From contig NZ_JALJYG010000010.1 in NCBI RefSeq assembly GCF_024170505.1, positions 39,676 through 71,675 on the forward strand: 32,000 nt of DNA. Direction: 5' to 3'. This document shows positions 25,958 through 32,000 of this stretch, piece after piece. The position numbers and the translations under genes were made by a program. This DNA comes from Methanocalculus alkaliphilus (GTDB lineage: Archaea > Halobacteriota > Methanomicrobia > Methanomicrobiales > Methanocorpusculaceae). Within the stretch, counting starts at the first letter, position 1; the number at the start of each line of letters is the position of its first letter. The notes under the pieces are model-generated. The model made no database searches. It was not told where the DNA came from and saw only the letters and a program-made list of their open reading frames with translations.

Positions 25958-26572
25958 ATGGGTTCCCGCAGAGACATGACGATAGGCATCACGATTAATC
26001 TTGATAACTACGAGAATATCAGGCTTGATCTACGTGGTGAGATCGGATCAGATGAGGAGGCAGATGATCTCATCAGATCCATGGACTCTCTTCTCTCACG
26101 GATAGGGAGGGATGATCCTGCAACGGCAGAGCGAGTTGATCACTACCGGCGCCGTGTCTTTGGGTCTTTCCATCCTCATGAGGGGTCTGCGGTGCCATCA
26201 GCCTCCTGTCCGGTTACCGGGAGTCAGGATTTTTACCAGGATATGCCTTCCCGTGATCTCTCCGGAGATGACTATCCTGATCCCATGCCGATGGAAGCGG
26301 ATGCGCATCTGGAAGGAAAAACTGAGCCTGAGAATGAAATCCCTGCTCCAGCCGGTGAAGAGTATCCTCCGGAGGCTGAAATTCCCGCTCCGGATATTGA
26401 GGGGCCCGATAATGGGCATACTGCTTCTGATGGGTCTGTAAAAGAGCCACAGACTGGTGGCTCAGTTCATACCTGTGAGGCCTGCGGGGTGGAGGTGAAC
26501 AAGGTGCAACATGACGTAAGCCACCTCTTCATGAACCGGACACTCTGTAAGAAGTGCATGAACCAGTCCTGA
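25958..26572 (+). CDS. Hypothetical protein: small N-terminal domain, acidic/Pro-rich disordered linker, C-terminal CxxC...CxxC zinc ribbon
   Basis: 204 aa. The SD GAGGGGA lies 10 nt upstream. The linker has an EIPAP x2 repeat. The zinc ribbon is C173-EA-C176 ... C197-KK-C200 (26474-26557). Only 13 nt separate its stop from the orc1/cdc6 start. Confidence 0.6.
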   Translation: MGSRRDMTIGITINLDNYENIRLDLRGEIGSDEEADDLIRSMDSLLSRIGRDDPATAERVDHYRRRVFGSFHPHEGSAVPSASCPVTGSQDFYQDMPSRDLSGDDYPDPMPMEADAHLEGKTEPENEIPAPAGEEYPPEAEIPAPDIEGPDNGHTASDGSVKEPQTGGSVHTCEACGVEVNKVQHDVSHLFMNRTLCKKCMNQS

Positions 26573-26585
26573 GGGGGATTCTGTT

Positions 26586-27707
26586 GTGGTAAAGAGGCTG
26601 CTGATGTGGGATGAGACGATCTTTCGTGACCCTGAGGTCTTTGAGATGGATTTTGTCCCGGATCAGTTCTTCTTTCGTGAGAATCAGACTGCGGACCTTG
26701 CCTTTCAGATTCAGCCGGGTCTTCGGGGGGGCCGTCCCCTGAACTCCTTCTGCCGGGGCCCTCCCGGTACCGGAAAGACGACGACGGTGAAGAAGCTCTT
26801 TGCTGAGATTGAGGAGACGACGAAGAGGCTCGTTCCGGTCCATGTCAACTGCCAGATCGATAATACCAGGTACGCAATCATTGCAAAAGTCTATAAACAG
26901 CTTGCCGGCCATCCCCCTCAACCCTCGGGAACGAGCTTTAAGCAGGTGTATGAAGCCGTCTGCCGGCGTATTCAGAAGGAGGATATCGTCCTTATCATCT
27001 GCCTGGATGATGCCAATTATCTCCTTCATGACAATGAGATCAATAATATCCTCTATCCCCTCCTTCGTGCGCATGAGGCATATGAGAATGCCCGGGTCGG
27101 GTTGATCATCATCTTCTCGGATATGGATATTGACATTGCAGCTGCAGTTGATTCAAGGGTTGCATCTGTTCTCAGGACGACAGAGGTGCCTTTCCCTCCA
27201 TATACTGCTGCTGAAGTGGAGGAAATTCTCAGGATGCGGGTTTCCCAGGGCTTTTACCCCAATGTCATCTCCGAGGATGTATTTCAGCTCGTTGTTGACA
27301 GAACGATGCGGGGGGGTGATCTCCGTGCCGGGATCGATCTCCTGAAAAGAGCCGGTTTTCTGGCTGAACGGGATGCGCGGAGGACGGTGACACGGGATGA
27401 TGTCTGTAAGGCATATGAGGTCTCCCAGCGCTATCACCTCACCTCGATTCTACGGAGCCTCCGGGATGAGGAGAAGGCCGTCCTTGCGGTTATAGCAGAG
27501 ATGAGTGGTGAGGGTGCCGGAACCGCCGCTGGTGAGGTGCATGCCGCTCTGAAGAAGGATATGAAGCTCAGCTACACCCGTTACTATGAGATCATCAGGA
27601 AACTGGATATGCTCCGTCTGATCAACCTCGATTATCGCATTGGAAGAGGAAGGACCCGGGTCATCTCTCTCCGGTATGATCCGGGGATTGTTCTCGATCT
27701 CCTTTGA
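26586..27707 (+). CDS. cdc6: ORC1-type DNA replication protein (Orc1/Cdc6)
   Basis: It has Walker A GPPGTGKTT, Walker B LIICLDDA, a sensor region, and a C-terminal winged helix (...YRIGRGRTRVISL). The start is GTG at 26586 or ATG at 26604 (MWDETIF...). Confidence 0.9.
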   Translation: MVKRLLMWDETIFRDPEVFEMDFVPDQFFFRENQTADLAFQIQPGLRGGRPLNSFCRGPPGTGKTTTVKKLFAEIEETTKRLVPVHVNCQIDNTRYAIIAKVYKQLAGHPPQPSGTSFKQVYEAVCRRIQKEDIVLIICLDDANYLLHDNEINNILYPLLRAHEAYENARVGLIIIFSDMDIDIAAAVDSRVASVLRTTEVPFPPYTAAEVEEILRMRVSQGFYPNVISEDVFQLVVDRTMRGGDLRAGIDLLKRAGFLAERDARRTVTRDDVCKAYEVSQRYHLTSILRSLRDEEKAVLAVIAEMSGEGAGTAAGEVHAALKKDMKLSYTRYYEIIRKLDMLRLINLDYRIGRGRTRVISLRYDPGIVLDLL

Positions 27708-27769
27708 TGAATCAATTTGGCAACTCTTATCTATTCTCCACTACTCATTAGTGATGTTAGAGGGATTGT

Positions 27770-28714
27770 ATGGTCAGTGTAAATGAACTTGGATTAAATC
27801 TCTTTGAAGAACTTGTAGAAATCTCCGATCTCCTCAATGTCGCCTACCACGAGCTTGATAACGGCTCACGGATTGTTGACTGTGGTGTTGGTGTGCCTGG
27901 CGGCTATGGTGCGGGCGAGTACTTCACCAGAATCTGCATGGGAGGTCTTGGCGAAGTCACCTACCGTATGGGTGAGATCAACCAGTTCCCCCAGCCGTTT
28001 ATCGATATCAACACGGACTTCCCAGCCATCTCCTGCCTCGGAGCGCAGAAGGCAGGATGGACCGTGAAGGCCGGGAACTTCTTTGCGATGGGGAGCGGTC
28101 CTGCCCGTGCACTCTCGCTGAAGCCGAAGCACACCTACGAGGTCATCGAGTACGAGGATGAGTTTGACTCAGCCGTCATCTGCCTTGAGTCCGACACCCT
28201 GCCAAATGGCGAGGTTATGGAGAAGATTGCCGAGGCATGCAAGGTCGAGGTCGAGAATGTCTGCGCCGTCGTTGCACCGACCTCTTCGATCGTCGGATCC
28301 ATTCAGGTGGCAGGCCGCTGTGTGGAGACTGCTGTCTACAAGCTGAACGAGCTTGGCTTTGACACAAAGAAGATCTCAGCAGCAATCGGTACCGCCCCGA
28401 TTCCACCGGTCCGCGGCCCGAAGCTTGCGATGGGTGTCACAAACGATGCAACCATCTATTATGGCAGAATCTTCCTGACGATGAATGCTCCTGAGATTAA
28501 GGACTATCTCGGAAAGATCCCAAGCAACACCTCGAAAGGCTATGGCAAGCCCTTCAATGACATCTTCAAGGAAGCCAACTATGACTTCTACCAGATTGAC
28601 ACCTCGCTCTTCTCCCCTGCTGAGGTTGTCATCAACGAGCTCTCAGAGGGCGCAGTCTACCATGTCGGCGCTGTCAACCCTGAAGTGACACTGAAGTCAT
28701 TTGGCCTCATCTGA
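27770..28714 (+). CDS. mch: Methenyltetrahydromethanopterin cyclohydrolase
   Basis: 314 aa. The sequence VDCGVGVPGGYGAGEYFTRICMGGLG...AMGSGPARAL...APTSSIVGSIQVAGRCVETAVYKL is typical Mch. Confidence 0.92.
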   Translation: MVSVNELGLNLFEELVEISDLLNVAYHELDNGSRIVDCGVGVPGGYGAGEYFTRICMGGLGEVTYRMGEINQFPQPFIDINTDFPAISCLGAQKAGWTVKAGNFFAMGSGPARALSLKPKHTYEVIEYEDEFDSAVICLESDTLPNGEVMEKIAEACKVEVENVCAVVAPTSSIVGSIQVAGRCVETAVYKLNELGFDTKKISAAIGTAPIPPVRGPKLAMGVTNDATIYYGRIFLTMNAPEIKDYLGKIPSNTSKGYGKPFNDIFKEANYDFYQIDTSLFSPAEVVINELSEGAVYHVGAVNPEVTLKSFGLI

Positions 28715-28826
28715 AGAGCAAACAAACGAATGGAGGAGGGGTTTGGGTGAACTCTCCCCCTTCATTTTGGAGAAAGAAGATCGGCAGTCTTTAACTGTCT
28801 GCAGGGATAATAGGTATAGGCAGAGC

Positions 28827-28900
28827 GGGCTTGTGGTCTAGCTGGTCATGACGTCGCCCTTACACGGCGAAGATCTCCGGTTCGAATCCGGACAGGCCCA
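28827..28900 (+). tRNA. tRNA-Val (anticodon UAC)
   Basis: Hand-folded cloverleaf. Acceptor GGGCUUG/CAGGCCC with discriminator A. D arm GUC-UAGCUGGUCAU-GAC. Anticodon stem UCGCC/GGCGA with loop CU-UAC-AC. T arm UCCGG-UUCGAAU-CCGGA. No encoded CCA and no intron. Confidence 0.9.
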
Positions 28901-29113
28901 TTCATCCTTAATTTTTGAAATATTCCTGAAATGGGTATATTTAGATCTTATCTTCAGTGGTCTTTTTCCCCGTAAGGTGCATGTGACTCTCTTCTGTCGC
29001 CGGAGTACGCAAAAAGAAGGGTTATCTGATGGCCCTGACTTTTGATTTTCAGGATGGGTCTCCAGGGCGGGATCTTCCACCTCGGCGGGGGGGTCTCTTC
29101 GCTCCCCTCTGCC

Positions 29114-30043
29114 CTACATCCTCTCCCTGAACCAGGCGACCGTCTCTTTCAGCCCCTCTTCGAGTGTATATGCCGGTTCAAAGCCAAACGCCTTCTCTGC
29201 CCTGGTAATGTCGGCGAGCGAGTCGCGGATATCACCCTCCCGCTCGTCTTCGTATATCAGCGGACGGCGTACACCTGTTATCTCCATGAGGGTTTCTGCG
29301 AGATCATTGAGGCTGATCCGCTTCCCGCAGGCGATATTATAAATGCCGATTGCATCGCTCTCCATTGCTTTCCGGTTGGCCTGGACAACATCGGCGATGT
29401 AGGTGAAGTCGCGGGTCTGGCCGCCATCGCCGTAGATGATCGGGGATTCGTTCTGCAGAAGCCGGGTGATGAACTTGGGGATGACGGCCGCATATTCCGA
29501 ATTTGGATCCTGCCGGGGTCCAAAGACATTGAAGTACCTGAGGAAGACGGTCTGGATGCCATAGAGCTCTGAGAAGACCTTTCCATAATACTCATCGGTG
29601 AGCTTCGTTACCGCATACGGGGAGAGGGGATTTGGTACCATTCCTTCTTCTTTTGGGAGGGTCGGGGTGTCGCCATAGACCGAGGAGGATGAGGCAGTGA
29701 CGACTTTGCGGACGTTATTTTCTTTGGCGGCGACAAGAACCTGCAATGTACCGGTGACATTTGCCTCGTTTGTCGTTATTGGATCTCTCACTGAACGGGG
29801 GACGGATGGTATGGCTGCCTGGTGGAAGATCCCATCGATCCCTTTGGTAATCTCATGCATCAGATCGGCATCGGTGATGTTCCCCTCGATGAAGGTCACA
29901 TTCGGGTGGTTGATGAGATCCCGGATATTCTCACGCCTGCCTGTGGCGAAGTTGTCGATGATGGTAACTGTATGTTCTTCTGCAAGGTGGTCTGCAAGAT
30001 TCGATCCGATAAATCCGGCCCCGCCGGTGATGAGGTACTGCAT
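29114..30043 (-). CDS. NAD-dependent UDP-sugar 4-epimerase, WbpP/TviC-like (UDP-GlcNAc / UDP-GlcNAcA type)
   Basis: The motifs are ITGGAGFIGSNLADHL, ASSSSVYG, YAVTKLTDE and LRYFNVFGPRQDPNSEYAAVIPKFI. The last matches my memory of the WbpP-type block. Confidence 0.8.
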   Translation of the reverse strand: MQYLITGGAGFIGSNLADHLAEEHTVTIIDNFATGRRENIRDLINHPNVTFIEGNITDADLMHEITKGIDGIFHQAAIPSVPRSVRDPITTNEANVTGTLQVLVAAKENNVRKVVTASSSSVYGDTPTLPKEEGMVPNPLSPYAVTKLTDEYYGKVFSELYGIQTVFLRYFNVFGPRQDPNSEYAAVIPKFITRLLQNESPIIYGDGGQTRDFTYIADVVQANRKAMESDAIGIYNIACGKRISLNDLAETLMEITGVRRPLIYEDEREGDIRDSLADITRAEKAFGFEPAYTLEEGLKETVAWFRERM

Positions 30044-30130
30044 ATATAGATTGTATCCTGCGGGCTTTATGATAGTTCGTAATTGTGTTGAAAAGAGGAG
30101 GGGGTGGGGTGTTGGCTGGTTATTCTCTTA

Positions 30131-31060
30131 TTATCTGTTCCCGGAGAAGAGTTCAGCCCTCGCTTCCATATCTGCCCGTCGGATGTACCAGACCGGGGCC
30201 ATATGATTCGGATGATATCTGCTCTTCGCCTCGCGGAGTCCCGGAGCACCCATGTCCGATTCACGGTTGATGAACCTGTATGTTCCCTGAACCGTCTTGG
30301 CCGTCCTCATGTTGATAACTTTATAGATGCCGTCAAATCCGGGGAGGGCCTTCTCAAAGTGAACGACGATCGTCTCAGGGTTCAACTCACCCCAGATCGC
30401 AATAGCTCCGATTCCGTCCCCCGTCCGGATGAGGATTCCACGACACTCAAGGTCACTAAAGTGATCGACGGAGTAGATGACTGCATCACGCTCATACGCA
30501 AGGATCGGTATCTCATCGCAGTGTTTCCATTCGCACCATTCATCAAGGAAGATCCGTACCTCGGCAATCTTATCCCTGGTGATCGCCTCGACTGTGTACT
30601 TCCGGCTTTTCACAAATCTGTTTATCTGGCCCCGGATGGTGACATACTTCTTCCCCGGCAGGTCGGCAAGATCCGAGGCGACGTAGACGTAATCGGCAAA
30701 GTCGCGATCCTCATGGATAGGGAGATCCGGGTAGAGCCCCTCTGTCCACTGACGGGTTGTCTCATCCAGCATCTGTACCGGGATCTCCCCTCCTTCCCGG
30801 TAAGCAAGAGAGAAGAGATCGTTGATGAGCCCATCATCCCGGGGGCCGATGGGGAGTCGAAATGTACGTTCCCCATTGACTATTGTCATGATGAGGAGTG
30901 AGTCATTCTGAATGGAATAGTGGTAATTGGCATAATGGTTCCAGCAGAGCATATTGATGGTGGTATTATCACTGTGAGTCTGGGGATATAACCGCAGATA
31001 TCGCTCGATTGCATCCCTGCTCTCCAGCGTTACCGGTGAAAAATCATCTAAAGAGAGCAT
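30131..31060 (-). CDS. Stand-alone DUF2156 protein (LPG_synthase_C / MprF aminoacyl-transferase-like tandem GNAT fold)
   Basis: 309 aa. Family blocks present: NMLCWNHYANYHY, FADYVYVASDLADLPGKKYVTIRGQINRF, VVHFEKALPGFDGIY, FINRESDMGAPGLREAKSRYHP. Confidence 0.7.
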   Translation of the reverse strand: MLSLDDFSPVTLESRDAIERYLRLYPQTHSDNTTINMLCWNHYANYHYSIQNDSLLIMTIVNGERTFRLPIGPRDDGLINDLFSLAYREGGEIPVQMLDETTRQWTEGLYPDLPIHEDRDFADYVYVASDLADLPGKKYVTIRGQINRFVKSRKYTVEAITRDKIAEVRIFLDEWCEWKHCDEIPILAYERDAVIYSVDHFSDLECRGILIRTGDGIGAIAIWGELNPETIVVHFEKALPGFDGIYKVINMRTAKTVQGTYRFINRESDMGAPGLREAKSRYHPNHMAPVWYIRRADMEARAELFSGNR

Positions 31061-31069
31061 TTCTTCCTT

Positions 31070-31507
31070 TTATTTATACAGCATCGGGATATATTGTATC
31101 ATCGGTTGGAACCCTATCCTCTCATAGAAGGGGTCTGAGCCGGGTTCTGCAATCAGTCCGATCCAGCCGATGCCATCTTCCGCGCAGAGATCAATAAGAT
31201 GCCTGACTATCTCCACTCCGATGCGGCATCTCCGGTACTGCCTGAGGACAACAAGATCCTGAATGTAGGCATCCGAGACTCCGTCAGATATCGTCCTTCC
31301 CATACCTACGGCAGAGCCGGTTCTCTCATCAACGGCGACGACGAACCGGTGGCTTCCCAGGATGATTGCAGGTATATTGCCTGCGTCGTAGTTTTCGTCC
31401 CACCATCCCGCCTCACGGTAGAGGTGGACGATCTCCTCAGTATCCCATTCGGTGACGGCATACAGTGCTATGGCCGGTCGCCGCCCCTGCGTTGAACCTT
31501 CAGTCAT
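31070..31507 (-). CDS. GNAT family N-acetyltransferase
   Basis: The acetyl-CoA-binding block is IQDLVVLRQYRRCRIGVEIVRHLIDLC. It lies 9 nt upstream of the DUF2156 gene. The ATG at 31507 is preferred (weak SD, TATA-like acattaatc about 30 nt upstream). The longest ORF starts at 31555. Confidence 0.75.
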   Translation of the reverse strand: MTEGSTQGRRPAIALYAVTEWDTEEIVHLYREAGWWDENYDAGNIPAIILGSHRFVVAVDERTGSAVGMGRTISDGVSDAYIQDLVVLRQYRRCRIGVEIVRHLIDLCAEDGIGWIGLIAEPGSDPFYERIGFQPMIQYIPMLYK

Positions 31508-32000
31508 GGATACCACTCTTTTCAGCGATGCAAGAGAGATTAATGTATCCCGCATTCAGATGATGGCTATCGAAAGATCGGTGGGGGTGACTCTCCAGTG
31601 TTCGGGGAATTCTGGATGTGGCGAGAGGGCTTCTCTCACCCTTATCAAATCTGACTATCTGCGCGTCATCGCCATTGAGCTTCAGAATCTGATTCCATTA
31701 CGGATTTTTGGTGGGGTTTCCTTGATCCGGGATCAGTTCTGCTCTGTCCGATCCTCTCGAGTAACCGAACCTTTATCAGTGCGAATAGCATTCTATGTAG
31801 AGTCGCAGGGGGCGGGAGGGCGCCGCGACGGGGCACTGCTCCGCGTTAAAGCGCCCGAACCAGCCGCAATCCGGAGCATATCCGGGATTTCGGCATCCCG
31901 CCTCCGACCGGGCGCAGCACCCTCTCAGGGGGGTCTGTGCCACCGGGTCCCGGTGCTGTATATGCCGGGGCTCGTCAGGGTGGTGGGTGTGATCCGGTAA

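Noticed and set aside
28901-29113. Integration scar or genomic island boundary at the tRNA-Val 3' end
   Set aside because: No direct repeat of the tRNA 3' half was found elsewhere in the window. No integrase, transposase or phage genes follow. The AT-rich 210 nt can be explained as a terminator and promoter region.
29042-29572. 176-aa plus-strand ORF
   Set aside because: It is antisense to the WbpP-like epimerase, which has unambiguous SDR motifs. It is a shadow ORF.
30104-30901. 265-aa plus-strand ORF
   Set aside because: It is antisense to the DUF2156 gene, whose family blocks are clear. The plus-strand product has no recognisable features.
31452-32000. 182-aa plus-strand ORF at the right edge
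   Set aside because: It overlaps the GNAT gene's 5' end. Its translation is Ala/Gly/Arg/Pro-rich noise, typical of GC-rich DNA, and several frames are open here. It is treated instead as a structured-RNA or uncertain region (see findings).
1-32000. CRISPR arrays, IS elements, toxin-antitoxin or defence islands, and rRNA genes
   Set aside because: I scanned intergenic regions and ORF translations on both strands. I found no spaced direct-repeat arrays, no transposase, integrase or Cas-like proteins, and no rRNA signature sequences.

Overview
This is a chromosomal segment from a methanogenic euryarchaeon. The gene content and protein sequences look Methanomicrobiales-like: mch, methanogenesis marker 12, porCDAB, archaeal EF-1alpha, S10, L7Ae-S28e-L24e-ndk, CetZ and Orc1/Cdc6. 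By eye the GC content is in the low-to-mid 50s %. Genes are tightly packed, with many ATGA or other start/stop overlaps and very short divergent spacers.

I can support about 37 protein genes, one tRNA-Val(UAC) and a few promoter or leader elements. I see no CRISPR array, transposase, integrase or rRNA.

Housekeeping blocks: cobT-cobZ-cobS (cobamide nucleotide-loop assembly), tuf-rps10, rpl7ae-rps28e-rpl24e-ndk, thrC, porCDAB, apgM-family, orc1/cdc6 and mch.

Between these blocks lies an unusually dense set of envelope and polyprenyl-phosphate glycosylation genes:
- an Agl23/TIGR03663-like GT-C protein
- a translationally coupled FAD-oxidoreductase / GT2 / MprF-flippase-like / 'YYY' DUF2298 module
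- two SDR epimerases
- a DUF368 protein
- a stand-alone DUF2156 (MprF-synthase-like) plus GNAT pair

Most interesting candidates:
1. The uncharacterised four-gene YYY module and its Agl23-like partner.
2. A cetZ operon with an exported, membrane-anchored coiled-coil protein.
3. A double kink-turn leader in front of rpl7ae that sequesters its Shine-Dalgarno sequence.
4. A zinc-ribbon/acidic protein coupled to orc1/cdc6.
5. Marker-12 directly upstream of por.
6. A GC-rich, highly structured terminal segment that may be a structured RNA, possibly the 5' part of 7S/SRP RNA.

All functional calls rest on my reading of the translated sequences and recalled family motifs. No database search was run.
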